DNA of 60,631 nucleotides, filler included, from Sphacelaria rigidula (taxonomy: Eukaryota), in the NCBI GenBank assembly GCA_964200075.2. It is 8 parts of 8 records of this genome, joined end to end, with 100 filler letters (N's around TTAATTAATTAA, not from the genome) between each part and the next. Parts side by side here need not be neighbours in the genome. Positions count along the whole stretch, not along the records: positions 22,777 to 30,267 come from CAXNAA020014682.1; positions 30,368 to 37,858 come from CAXNAA020014683.1; 6 more parts are not named here. One strand, written 5' to 3'. Made by a program: the position numbers and the translations under genes. The notes under the pieces are model-generated. The model ran no database searches, had not been told where the DNA came from, and was given only the letters and a program-made list of their open reading frames with translations. Shown here in pieces: positions 24,021 through 37,507 of this stretch; position 1 is the first letter of the stretch, and every line of letters starts with the position of its first letter.

Positions 24021-26330
24021 ATGGCAAAGGCTTCGATGAATTTTGCGGTTGGCACTCGGGTAGATTGTTTATACGATGATGAATATTTCAGGGGTACAGT
24101 GGATGGTGTAGTCGCAGAGCATGGCCAAGAGCGATACACGGTGTGCTTTGACGATGGCGACGTGCGGGATAATGTACCCGCAAGGGACATCGCGCTTCCG
24201 CTTCAGGCGGGTTGTCGCATAGAGTGCTTATTCGAGGTAATATACGTATACAAGACATCGGATGATTTGGGTCTAGTGTGGGGCGTGCCAGAAGATACTA
24301 CGGGCAAGCTCCTCTGTTTCTTATGCGCAACAAGGGTGTGTTCCCACTAGATTGAAGCTTCAGGATTTCCCACGGTAAGGTGGTGCACGAGCGAGCAGGA
24401 GTCGATTGGAATATACATGTGTACAGACATGAAAAGCCGTCCACTTCTACAGCACAGTACCGCTTTATACACGGTACGACTCGAGCCGCGGCCTAATTAT
24501 TGGCGAACTTTGTGAGCACGTTGTATTTATTCGCATCTGCCACCTCGTTCTACTGTGGGCTGGGTATGTTTTGCATCCTTTGACAATATACCATGACGAA
24601 ACACAAGCACCTACACACATACATATTATTATCTCGAACGACGCTGGTTGCAAATGATGCATGTACCGTAAAATTGTTCTTGAAAGGATGAAGGAGACTA
24701 TTTCGAAGGAATCGTAGGGCAGGACAACGAAGATTCCAGCTATCGCGTCGACTTCGACGACGGTGACATCCTTGAGGCAGCTCCACGGCGCGATATTAAT
24801 GTTCTGCCGATTGATCCAGAGATATCCTGGGCTGGCAGGCAAGATGCCCATCAGGTGAGAAATAGGGATAGAGCCTGACGGTTCCAAGTTACAATAAGTG
24901 TTTCGTGCCTGACAAAACTTACACACGCAAAACCGTCACACACGCGCGCGCGCGCTTGAACACAGCTCCCTGTTCAGCAAACGCGATTACTTCACAGAGT
25001 CGTGATTTCATCATTAAGCACTACTGAACAGAGGACTACGAACTACACCGCGTTGGATATCGGTGCGCTTGGAGAACCCCCTCGGAGTGATGCCGCGATA
25101 CACCCTCAACCAAACCAGCCCCAAGACTGTCACGAAGAGAATGGCCATGAAGCGCATGATAGCTGGTTCTAGATTGCATGAACCGCCTTATACTGGATGG
25201 CATTGGCGAAATCGATCCCAAGCGCAGGAGCTCCCGGTTACTCGGTGTGCTTGGCTGTTGTCATTGCGATTCTAAACGTAGATTTTGCGCCTCAAACCAG
25301 GCAGCTTCCTGGGGGGTCTGTTGCGGCATGACTCCTCAAAGCGTGGAGATGATTTCTTTGGCGCCCGGCTGACTGCCAAAGGGCTTCGTCGGTTGTTTGT
25401 TGCTTCATTCAGGAAGAGCAGCCGACGTTACATGACATGAGCCAAAAGAGCACACAACCAGCCGCATCTGCTCTTGCCGGAAACGGGGACAATTCTGTAC
25501 CCTCACAAGGATCTTGGAGTGCAGCTGATCAGGGGAGCGTTGGCACCGCCGATCACCATGGGAACGCCGTCTTCGATCACCGACGTCCACGCCAGCAGAG
25601 CGATGTGCCGACCTCAATCGTGAGTCTAGGCAGCAAATCTGGAGAACTCGGCAACATCACGAGAGGTAACGAAGGCACGCCAGCAAACAATGCACAACCT
25701 GACGATGGCACCATTCATACCTCAAGGCAAACAAGTCCAAACAAGCTTGGCGCAGAAAAAATGGGCTATCGTGGGGGCCCCAAGATCTCTTGCGAGGATC
25801 GACATACTACCACCGGTAGCACTCAGAGTGAGAATTCAGCAAGCGATGAACTGATGTGGGCAGCCTCCCCCGGCCGAACACCAGCGCCCTTCAGACCATC
25901 ACTGCCCACGGCCAACGGTGCAGACACTACAAGCCGAGTCTCGGCCGAGCATGCGCCCGACGAGCACGACCAACAGAAGAAAGGTGTTGATGCACCGGGA
26001 AGGACACGTCTTGCAATACCTTTGACTAATAAGAGCACTGTAAGCCGTGGCAGTGGAGATTGTGGGCGGTTGAGACAAGGGTACGCTGACTTCGCACGGG
26101 ATTCGAGGGGGACCGAGACGCAAGAGACAGTTCTGACTGAGGCAGGACACCTGAAACCTGGCCCATCGGCGTATAGGCCGACGGCAGAGAATCCCCTGCA
26201 TCGGCATATTGAGGAGCTTATTCGGGTACCACAGCTCATGAGCGATGCACCTCCGGACTACCGACTGATTGCAATTTCGTGCAGGATTTCGGAGCTTGAA
26301 CAGCAACAGAGGGACTATGTGCGAATATGA
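24021..26330 (+). CDS. Tandem Tudor/Agenet-like domain protein (exons 24021-24236, 24687-24854, 25413-~26330; may continue downstream)
   Basis: Two repeats of the type GxRVxC..YFxGxV..YxVxFDDGD. GT-AG introns join in phase 0 (FE|DEGDYFEG; AHQ|EEQPT). Third exon is low-complexity. Confidence 0.8.
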
Positions 26331-29300
26331 ACTACCAGATTTTTCTGGTCTCGGTTGAATACCGAGAAACGTGGCGTATTTGTTGTTCCGGTTCGAATCT
26401 TATTCAGATACTTTCTGTTGAAGACGAGAAGAAATGATAGAACATACGTTTGTGTCTGTTGAAGCATATCCTCTGGGATAGGTTTTGCACTCTTCAGCTT
26501 TGAGTTTTCGTGCAGGCCATGGACGGGACTTACTGATTTGTGCAGTGCGTACGTACGAAAACAAGCCTAGATGAGGAACCATAATTATTTCGACATCGTT
26601 TCGACTGTCCTCTTGCCAGTCGATGAAACACATGGCCGACGAGGACGTACACGTACAACATGCCCCCTACAAGAATAAGGTGGTATCGATCTGAATCATC
26701 AACGCAATTGAATGCCAGGATGCAAAGGGCGAACATTGGACGTTCACTACTTCTAGCTACATCGCTGGAAATGCCGGATTTCGTGAGGGTCAGCGCTGTA
26801 AAAGCGACGGTGGGAGCCCCAGTGCGAACCCCTACTCTGACTCTAGAAAGCGCGGACCAGTCATACTACCGGCGCACCTTGAGCTCCGGAGAGTTATCGA
26901 CGAGCTAGCAAAGCTGCGGATGCGTCAGGTATTTTCGTTCCATCACCACCGAACTATCTAGGAAATAGTATCACATGCTGACCGTATCGTCCATCTCCTC
27001 GAGTTCACTGTTAGGCTGGTAGACCTTCGTGGTACAGCGAACGAACAGGCACACGTTACTGTTGTACATCAATATGCTTTTCACGACCGACCACATGCAA
27101 CGAATTTCGGTCAACATCTTCTGCCTCCATATCGTACTTGTGTCCAAGAGTGTGTTTGGAGTCCAAGGTTAGGGACCAAGGAACTCCCCTACCTCACCAC
27201 ACGTTGCAGATACTTTGCAGAACAGGATGTAGTTTTACACCCGTTGGAGAGAAGACGGAACCCCCGTTGAAACTTTGATCGTGCCTTTGCTATACGCCTG
27301 GCTCGACTCAGCAAGCACACGAAGCTCCACATTTTCGCCGTGAGGCATACTCATATTTACATGAAGAGACAAAATGCCCAGGCAAGAAAAGAATGACGGT
27401 TTCTATAAATTTCTGAACCTACGCGCCGTGGAACCACCGAGGAGAGTACGGAACCGAGACATGACAAGAGCAGGAGAACAAGTCTTCGTGCGACCACAAA
27501 CCTCTTAACAACGCACCATATACAAGGATACCGCAGCTCGACACTCTTCACATTTTACCTGTTCCGTACCGTGCGGTGCTCTGGTTTTCCAAGGCTCATC
27601 CACCCGTCCATCTGCTCTTCCAAATTGAACTGCGTCTCACGAAAAAAAATATGATCAAACGGTGAGTTCCTACAACGACATCGGTTCTCGTATGAGCGAT
27701 TCAACCCTAGATCGTACCCAAAAGATGTCGTTGTCACTCCCGGCACCACTGCGGTACCTTCACCCTACGTGATAAGTGTACCATGACAACACGTACCTGC
27801 TCGCTCCTCTGGCGAAGATAATAGCCTGTCCTCCAACAACTCCTGCCACAGACGATCGAAATGGGCATGCACGTAGAGTACTTACCCACCAAGGGTCATC
27901 GAGAACGCTCGATCGTACCTCCTTTCAGGTCTTGACCGTCTATCGCTGCTCAGGTGGCGTTAGTGCGTCTATGCTATGGAGATGTATCGTCGGAGATGGT
28001 CGCTGCTCTGTGCGATCTAGCTGACGGTTACGCTCAGAACGATCTATGGCCGCAGGTATTGTAAGCCACAAAATGACAATAATAACCTTGAGTTGTTGGA
28101 TACAGCCACTTGGGAGCATGCATTTGCGTAGTTCAACATGACACGCACAACGATCGAGTCGTGACTTGCGAGTTGTAATGTAACAACCGACCACGCGTCG
28201 AACGTTTATGGTGAAACAGCGTTTGTACATGCACCGAGTGCCGCACACAAACATGTGATGCACGGCAGGTATCAAATCATGTGCACAGAGCTGCAGCTAT
28301 CCTGGGGCGAATTCGAGGGTACGCGGAAGGTGGCACGCAGTACAACGTTGGACGGCCGCAAACAAGCGCAAGTTATGGCAGACCCTCCGGCACTGACAGG
28401 GTTCCAGAACGAATAACAGACATCACGTATGCAGCGCGCGATAGGTTGGTCGGTCGACGTTCGAGGCCGACAAAGTTGCACAGTGCGAAAAAGTGGCGGA
28501 GAATAAAGGCAGAAAATTATCGAGAAAGCACTATAGCCCCCGCCAGATGATCTGGACAAGAGGACTGTCCAGGAGGGACTCCTCCAGTAGCACCGGCCTC
28601 GCGCTCGACAAGTCCTTTCTTCTGATTTGTTATTATTGCGGAGTGATCCTCGACAAACCACATCAAGAGCCAGACAGCAAGGGGTCGCATAGATGAGGGT
28701 CATCAATCCAGGATCCCCTGTCCCCTGCCACTGCTCCAATCATGCATGCGATTATACTGAAAACCTACGGCTCGGTATCATTTGGCTACAGCACGTAACC
28801 CCGCCTCGATGAATGCACGGATAGGTTGTTTTGTGCAGTGTTGACGTGTGACCGATCATGGCTTTCGTCATCCTCCATGGCTGGTGTGTGTATAGCCATG
28901 CACGAGATTTTTCTCGGAATACGCCCCTCCTCCAGCTACTCCCATGAACGTTACCAACGCGCCGATAACACGAAATATCCAAACCACCCACAGGTATTCC
29001 AACCCGGATTTGTGTGAATCGCTTGGTCCCGCTGGCTGTGCGCGAGGTGTCTTGGTGCTTTTTCGCGGCCTCCGAGAGGAAGCTCAAGCCGGGAGTGCTC
29101 AGGTACTACAAGCGGTATGCACTCTATCAAACGCTTGCGGGGAATACCATGAACGGACTCCCTTCAACGCTTCAAAGCCGAAACGCCAACTCTTGCTCGA
29201 AACGTTTGCTTCGTCAACCAAACTAGCTGTTGCTTTGGCGAATCCGGCATTGTGTTGCATACTGCAAAGTGGACGAGTAACTTGCCATGAGGTCGCCAAT

Positions 29301-29758
29301 CCTTTCTTTCTGATTTTTACATGTGCCTAGCATGAGGCGTTTCAGAAGCTCATGGTGGCAGCTCTGTTGCATCTCCGCTCGTGAGTACGCCATCAAGATG
29401 TTTCCAGCGTCTCTTCATTCTGAACGAGGCTCCGAAGGTTTAGCTCCCACGAGACACCGTTCCTCCCGCGATTGCACATGTTTGAGAATACTGAAGGTTC
29501 GAATGACGACGACTCAGGGTCGATTCCCGCGACTAAATTTAGCATATGTAAAGTGACTCAGATTCGACACCCATGACCAAAGTAAAAAAAAAATGAGGGG
29601 CGACTCAAATCGGGTCGACTCCTGCGAACAAATCCGAAAAATGCGGGAGGACTCACAGGTTACACCCATGACCATACTCGGGAAATGGCAACGACTCAGA
29701 GTCAATTCCTGCCAAAAAACTCGGAAAAATTGGGACGACCTAGGTTGGAGTGGCTCCG

Positions 29759-29995
29759 ATGAGAGTTATGCTACGATTGGGGGAGGGTATTTTGGACCAC
29801 TTCTTCCACGAAATTCCGCTTCAAATCGTCGTTGAAAGCAGCAACGGTTGTTTGAATGCGCTTCTTACCATCAAATAGCGCTCATTCATATTGCTCGACA
29901 CCGTTTTTACCCAAATACAAGCGCAACGTGAGTGTGTTAGGTGGTTTGACACACCTATGAGCTTTTTTTTTGTGGGATCAAGCACTCCCCCCCCC
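29759..29995 (+). repeat. Dispersed ~230-bp repeat (second copy inverted at 53222-53444)
   Basis: GAGTTATGCTACGAT..TTCTTCCACGAAATTC..ACCCAAATACAAGCGCA.CGTGAGTGTGT..CACCTATGAGC is reverse-complementary to 53222-53444. Confidence 0.88.
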
Positions 29996-30009
29996 CCCTC
30001 CCCTGCTTT

Positions 30010-30256
30010 CCCTGTCAAAGGAGTCGGGGTCAATGGTTAAACGACTAAGACAAGCAACGAATGTGTACTTCCCCCCCCCGCCCCCGAGCCTGGTCCGGCG
30101 AAAACCCGGCGTGCTCTGTCCCGGCTTTGTAGGGATGCGAGGCCAATGGTCTTATGACTGTCGCATGCATGATCATGGGTACCCCCCCGTTTAAATGGTG
30201 AGGTACCCATGAGGCAGTGTATAAGCTGTGGCTGTCTCAGGGAGTGGCGATACCAG
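30010..30256 (+). repeat. Tail, tail, head cluster of the C-tailed repeat family
   Basis: 30010-30080 is a tail variant. 30085-30188 matches 37696-37800. 30189-30256 matches 37508-37574, so a tail is followed directly by a new head. Confidence 0.85.
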
Positions 30257-30500
30257 AAAATAAAGCANNNNNNNNNNNNNNNNNNNNNNNNNNNNNNNNN
30301 NNNNNNNNNNNTTAATTAATTAANNNNNNNNNNNNNNNNNNNNNNNNNNNNNNNNNNNNNNNNNNNNCATGAGTCCCCCCCCCCCCCCCCCGTGATGGAG
30401 ATAAGATCAGGTGTCGCCCTGACAGAGTTAATGCAGTACACGACTTGTAAACATAGACATATTTGTTGTGATGATGAACAAAGATCTATGTGTTCTGCAC

Positions 30501-33500
30501 CTGCGCCGTGAGCAGATCGGAAGTCTCCATATCGTGCCGTCTCGACATCACCGCCTCCACGCACTGCACTCCCCACCCCGCCCCCCCGGCGGCCGAAGAA
30601 ACGGAGGTAATGTGGAGGGAACATGAGCGCCATCGGTTGGTAGCACATAGGGTACGCGGTAGAGAAGCGAGCGGAGGAAGGTAGACAACAGGAAGAGACG
30701 ATGAGGCCAATCAATCAGTGAGGAGACACAGGACAACAAAATCGACCAGAGCACGCACAACGGGGGAGGGTGCACGCGGACCTGACGTCCCTCAACACAC
30801 CTCCCCCAGTGTACGTACGTGACGCACGTGACATCATCACATCCCGAGGAACGCTAATGACGGAGACGCTGAAGATCTCGTGAGCATATCTTCATTTTTA
30901 TAGAGATATCTTTATTTATCAAATTGAGAAGCTCTGATACCACTCGGCGACCGTCTGACACTACAACAGTAGCAGAGTTTTCAGCTGACCTGCAACTATC
31001 GTTGAATCGATTTTATAGCGGATTTTCAATTCATCTGTTGAGCCAGCCGCTGACTACCGTGTGTATATACTATTGGTAAAGTATTAGAAGGGTTTTTTAA
31101 TTTTCGTCCCACCCCGGCGGTCTAATGGTGCAGCTGGAAAGCATCAGGTCGGGAGAAACTTAGGTTCGTTTTTCACGAGATGCGTCGAGTTTGGATTTTG
31201 ATTCTTGGAAGTATCTGACCGTCGTCATTGAAGGCTTGAGGATGTGATTACAGTAGCAAATATAGTTTGTTTTGCTGGGTTTGTTTGTGTTTGACGACAG
31301 TTGAAGAGGTTCGGGGCAGTGCCCAGCTAATCCGCGACATCAAGGTTAAAGGTATATACCACGGGAGATATGAGTGAATTTCTTGAGATAAAGGACTTGT
31401 CCCGAGGAAGGGGAAGGGTTGACGGTGTGACAAAAAAAAGAAAAACCTCTAGTCCAGGAGAACGCAAAAATTCGAGCGAAACAGGAAAATATCGGGGGGG
31501 GAGGGAGCGCGCGGGAGGGGGTGGGGGGGGGGGGGCGACTGAGAGGCAGTCAAGAAATTGTTTGCTGCAGCACATTAGCTAGTATTCGAGCACAATGAAA
31601 TACATATGAACGATTACGTTGGTGAACGGTTCATATGTGAATGGTAGCGCGGTACCCCACTGGTGTACTCGTAGGTGCCTGTATATTGTGAGTATCAAAA
31701 TGTTGGAAGAGGCATTACATGTTGTGGGACGCGTTCTGTTGTGCACAGCAAACGAACGGTGTGGTACATGTTACGCTGCTTCTACCAAGATTCTTGTGAT
31801 CGATACATTGCAGTGTATTTTACGGAATATTCTACGCATCGCTACGCACATGTGCACCTTCACAGTATGTGTTGCTCCGTCTCAACGAAGACACTGTGTT
31901 CTGTCACACTCGCAATTTCTCATTGGCTCGTTTAGCAATGTATGTGGCCCTCCCTTGCTATATACGCCAGTAGCATATACATTGCGCACAGGGTGCTACT
32001 ATACTATCTGACTTGCTCAAGATATTTCACGTCCTGTTTTCCGAAGTTGTCCTAGATCCCCCATTATTTCTGTCATGTACATCGCTGTGCTAGGGGTGGA
32101 CAGTGGGCACGGGGTATCGCCATGCCACTTCATGCATGGGAATCTTCAAAACCCCAGTATTGTACGAAGTTCTAGCTCCTCACGTGCTCGTTACATTGTC
32201 AGGATTTTGCGTGACCGCAGCACTCTCAAGCTTTCGCGTTTAAGACACGCACTTCTCTGGTGTATGTTTCATTGTATTGATCTTGACTGACTGACGATCG
32301 GCGTTTTCAGACAGGCTAAACTTTCACGAGGGAGCTCTCGCCATCCGTTCAAAGCCGGGACGGAGCACACGGGCATTTACAGGAGAATATTGAGGGAAAC
32401 GAAAGGACCCAAGTACAAAGACATGAATGAATACATAGATACACAACGAAGCGCATCATGTGATTAATACTAAATTCTGATGAGTGCTTGTAAGGCTCAT
32501 TCTAAGCTTTTCTGGGCTACTCTAGGTACCTACACTTGCCTTCACTACTCAATTCGCTTCCCTGTTTCATGTACACCTGCGTCTGACTCACACACCGCTC
32601 ATCTTGCCATCGTTAGAGCTCATTTTTCTCCAGCAGGTTTCTCTTGGAATGTGCTGTTTGCTTCTACTTACTAGTTTGTTGAATCCACACGCACCGTTTA
32701 TCTTGTCTCCACCACACGTGTTTCTATTTGTACCTGCTCTTTGCTGTAGCACTTTACCTTCCCGAGCTTGTTGTCCGGAACGATGCCGGCTTCGAGCACC
32801 GACTTGAGCACACGCGCCTCGCGGTCGCGCTGGTTTTCTCCATCTCTCGGCGGCTCCGACATGGCAGCGTCGACTGCCTTGTCCCATGCGACGTCGCTGC
32901 TCCACCCTGGCGCCGCTGCTGCCGCAGCAGCCTCGGCCTCCGCCTAGAGTTGAAGGATGACGAGGATTTACGATTTGATTCAACGAAGATAATAAATGGA
33001 AATAGGATTTCGCTAGGACCATGGGTGTGCCAACGTGTCTCGGCCGAAGAAGGAAGATCCCCGGTCCTTCCAGTTAAAGGTTCCTGCTGCAATCCTGTAT
33101 TTTAAAGATGCTCCAAAAGCGAGGTGAAATGTCTTTCTTGTCATGTCGAGCAAGGATCGGCTGTGAGTCGGGGTGGTGGGCAGATGCTCGGAGTTGGAGA
33201 ACGACTCCCAGCGCGTACGGCGACCTCCGCGATGTCGAGCTCTTACTGCCGTCGCCCTGGTCACATACCTAGGGTACAGGATATCCGTCCTCAACACAAG
33301 TGAGTGCTTCTAGGCACTTGCGCATGTTGTTGGCGGAAACGTTTCCTGTGACAAATTCATATCACCCTCGATGCGTATGTGTGCGTTCATTATTTGCATA
33401 CACAGTGCGGTGTCCACACATACACACACACACATATATATAGCTCTTTTTAGCTGCGATTACACCATGTTGCGCGATTCCAAGGGGCGTGTGCTGACGA

Positions 33501-36500
33501 CGGGTACTATCACTGTTTTTTTTTTTCTTTTGAAAACTCTGAATTTCTCGGAAAAAAGAGGAGGAACACGTGAGAGCAGACTTCTTATCCAGCTCAGAAC
33601 AACAGATCAATTCAAGACTGATTACAGAGCCCTCCGAAAACCTGACGTCGTCGGATATCTTTTTGCAGCAATTATGTTCGGGAGAAGTCAGAATTTTGGT
33701 TTTTGGAAAAAAAAAAGAGGCAAACTTTTACGAAAAAAAAGCCCCATTATCAAGACCCCCCCAGTATTTTGTAAGACTTGGGAACGCGACTACTCGGCTG
33801 AACAAGAACATGTGGTGTCAGGCGAAGAACTTGTGGATGGCCCCAGGAGTGGCATATTTCTCAGTTCCTCCCTCCCCCTTTGGCTTCATAGGAACATTTT
33901 GAACACTGGCCGGAAACCACCATCAACGCATCACGAAGGAGTGATTAGTCACATTTAGAAAACTAGTTCGGTGAAGTAATACCTCCCCGTACACGCCCTA
34001 CGGGGTGCGGCGCGTTCTCCCGGGAACTCAACAACTCAGCCTACTTCACTGGTGTTTTCCCATCACCGAATCAGTTCGATCATTCTGATCCACCGTCAAC
34101 TGGTACCCATCTCTCGAAAACATTCTGATTCCTTGCTCCATCTCCGGCCGCACACTCCAAAGAGGCGAACCACCGACTGTTGCAGAATATCTCACTGCTT
34201 CTGGCAGACAAGTTACTAGGACTTGGGGTATCGCCCCCCCCTCCCCGCTAAATTTGGGCTCATGTGAAGATTTTAGGTGCGGTTCAGCTTCCTATTTATA
34301 TTCTATCCATTGAAAGTCAAGAAGTTTGTTTTCTTCATCAACCTATGCGCAACATGGAGCCTTGAATTTTCTTATTGCGACACAAGGTACGGCGAAGAGG
34401 AAGACCGCACTGCTACTGTCGTTGGTTTGTCTTGTAGTGAGATCTACCAATTCTCGCATGATCATGAATACTGACAGCGCAGCGTGACTGTAGGAATGCC
34501 CTGCCAAAACAGTGAATAGTATTTCTACTCTTCAATAGAGCAAATGCGCTGTACGCTGACCGCACGAATGTAGAACAGCTGAGAATCAATGATGTTCTCG
34601 AGCATCATCTCTGACGTAGATTTGTTCTGTACGTTGACAGTGTGAGTAGAACAAGGTCGCTGGAAAAACAGCGAAGAAACACCAATCGTTTTTGGCGCAG
34701 AAATGTCCCGAAGGCTAATAGGGTGAGTAGAATGATGAATGAGAAACTGTAGTAGTGCAGCACTGCCGTCCGTTCCAGAGATGAGCTGTATCCCGACACA
34801 AACACGCACCTTATGCTTCTCCCTGAGTCGGTCCTCTTCCTCCCTCTGCGCGACCTCCAGATCGCGTTTGGCAGCTTCTGCTTTCGCCTTACGCTTGGCC
34901 AATCTGATTGTCATGGGAAAACCGCGCCGAGGAAGAACGAACGCGCGGGCGGCAAAATGCTGCGCTTCGGCGAGAGCATGTCACTGTGCTCGTGTCCACG
35001 CAAGTGAAATGTACTTGTCTATCTCGTGCTCCTTATCCTCCTTTTCTACCGTACTATTTGTCGCGGCGCAGACACACAACACAATGTATAGATATACTTG
35101 GCTGCAATAACGTCTGGCGACGAGTTTGCCCGTATCTATGTGTCCCACGACACGGAGAACCGAACAGGTGATCACGAACGCTCTATGGTTTCCAGTCAAT
35201 ATAGTTCAGGCGCTAGAGTCACCTGCCCGCCAAGTGAGACTTGTTCGTGGCCCTTTGCTCAGCGAGATCTTGCTTCGCCTTCTCGTGGTCGGCCTGACCT
35301 GCCTCCTGCAGATCGTTTATACCGTTATGGGCAATTGATTGCAGCCCCAACAACAGTGTGCCGCGGTCAACTTGTGCCGCTGAAGCAATATGGGTCCTGC
35401 AAGTTCCTGTCCAACTTCCCAAATGAGTGATACATTCAAGTGAAGAAATTGAAAATATAGTGGTGCTTCTTGCAAGATGGAAAGGTGGGCTGTGGGTTAC
35501 GTACACCTTGCTGTCTCCGAAGAACGGAGAACATTTCGAAAAATAGGAATGGAAGGTGCTTAGGTTATGTGTGCAGTTTATTGTACCCACGTGCTTGTTC
35601 CCCGCAGCGGTAAAGTTATCGCCTCGAGTTGTCCCCGACAAAAATCTGAGTATACGCGTTGCCCAATTAACGCCCCCCACGCCTCCCTTTGCTTCCCCTG
35701 ATTGCACCAATTCCCCCCCTCCCGCCCCCCTCCTTCTCCTACTGAACACTTGATCCTCGAGTTGCTTTTACTTGAACATACTTCATATCCTTCCACCGCA
35801 TCGTGTCACCTTGAGTATCTTCGCTCTTTTCCTGAACTCGTCCTTCTCAGCGGCCTCCAGCGCTTCCCGTACCGCGTCGGCAGTAGCTGCCCTCGCTGCT
35901 GCGGCAGCTGCCACCTCCGCTGCCTTCGCAGCCTCATCTGCAGCTTTAGCCAACGCCGATTCTTGCATCTTGCGCTGTGCTTCGATGCGTTGCAATTCTT
36001 CGTCTTCCGCCTCCTGCAGGAATCGCTGCCTGTTTGTCGTAGACCGTATTTTTACTTCTCAGCAACGGTTAGATTTTTAGATCCGTAAGGAACCGGAGCT
36101 CAGAACGACCACAAAGGGCTTTCGGGGCTCTGATGTTGAGACCTACGGAATCGGCTTGCCGCTGATGTGGGAGGCAGGATGCCTCCGCTACTGCAGTTCC
36201 CTTTGATTCTTGTGGGCCAATGTATCATTGCGAGAGCTTCGCCACTCAAACTATGCATTGTAACACGTCAACATGCTCGGGACAACGCAACAGCTGCTGG
36301 ATGCTGACGGCTAGATGTTTTTTTTTTATATAGCATTTCTACGTTATGAAAACTCTATCTTCTCACGGAATGATGGCTACCATGGGCGCGATGTTGAGCA
36401 CATCCAGGCTGTTAGTCGTCGAGAGACTGAGTATCTCCTCGGGGGCCATGTTTGCTACTAAGTTGCCGGTCTTCGAGGATGTCCTCTCGCGGATGTTGTG

Positions 36501-37088
36501 TAGAGGGCGGGAACTACGGAACCCCAGAGACGTCAACAACACGCCCTCCATTTTGTTTTTCATGTAGGGACGTATGGAACCTAAAGCCCCCTTGCTACCC
36601 TGTCCTTTGGTCGAAGCACTCGCCTCTCGACCCTCTCGGCCTCCTCCAGAAGCTGTTGTTCCTGCTGGCGCTCCTGTGGGAAAATGATGGCGGTTGTCGC
36701 ACATATGGGGGGAATATTATTTTTCAACCGCAAAGCGTGTGCAATAGCGCAGATAAGTGCACCAGCAATAACCGCAACCATCAATTGATAGAGGGAAAAA
36801 GGAGGGCGTAGAACGAGGGAGTGGGAGAGCGTTTTGACATCGAGGCAACGGCAAGGGGTGATCATCATGACTACACCTTCTGTACGTGTCGAGGGGGTAA
36901 AGCTGGGAATATCAGTAGCACATTGCAACCCTATGATCAAACATGGAGCCCGCAGCGAACGCTTAGCGCGCGAATTGATTTACCTCTTCAGACAAGGCCG
37001 ACGCGCGCATCTCTTCCTCCTTTGCGTGACGTTTCTTGGCGAGGCGGTCGCGAAGCTTCGTCTCGCGGGTCTTACGTTCGTCATCCAT
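30501..37088 (-). CDS. Coiled-coil protein of unknown function, internal exons 37088-36984, 36673-36624, 36029-35810, 35305-35223, 34903-34810, 32943-32758, 30563-30501
   Basis: Seven exons splice phase-consistently into an E/K/R/A-rich open frame (MDDERKTRETKLRDRLAKKR..ERQQEQQLLEEAERVERQRFLQEAEDEEL..EAGQADHEKAKQDLAEQR..RLAKRKAKAEAAKRDLE..VLEAGIVPDNKLGK|CVEAVMSRRHDMETSDLLTAQ). One junction needs a GC donor. Confidence 0.78.
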
Positions 37089-37507
37089 CTGTAACTTTAA
37101 CGCGGCGGACTAAACAAAGCGAATCCGTCGGTCGAAGAGGAATATGAAGCACCAGAGCACAACAACAGCGAGCAGCGGCGGCGGTTTCGACACTGACATG
37201 CTCAATCGAAGTGTTTCACGAAGGGGTCGAACACGAGCAAAGCCAGCAACAATCGTGACAGACAGCGTGTGGGAATCCATGACCCCCCCCCCCCCCCCCC
37301 CCGCCCCCGCGCGCAATGAGGATTGGCGTCGGTTGGCAACGACGCCGTGAAACACGCCACTCACTGCATGAGCTGGGCAACCAGGTTACCGATTTGTTAC
37401 TCCGTTGCATTCTGTTGCGGTAGCCATGCTTGTGGTTGAGTTAGATCCTACTGTGTGGGGGTGTAAAACCCAAACTCCGCGCAAAGGGAATGATCGTACT
37501 ACGTAGT

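Noticed and set aside
36363-36704. 113-aa ORF as an exon of the coiled-coil gene
   Set aside because: It needs a phase-1 entry, but the upstream exon ends in phase 0 and the other frame fits the coiled-coil composition.
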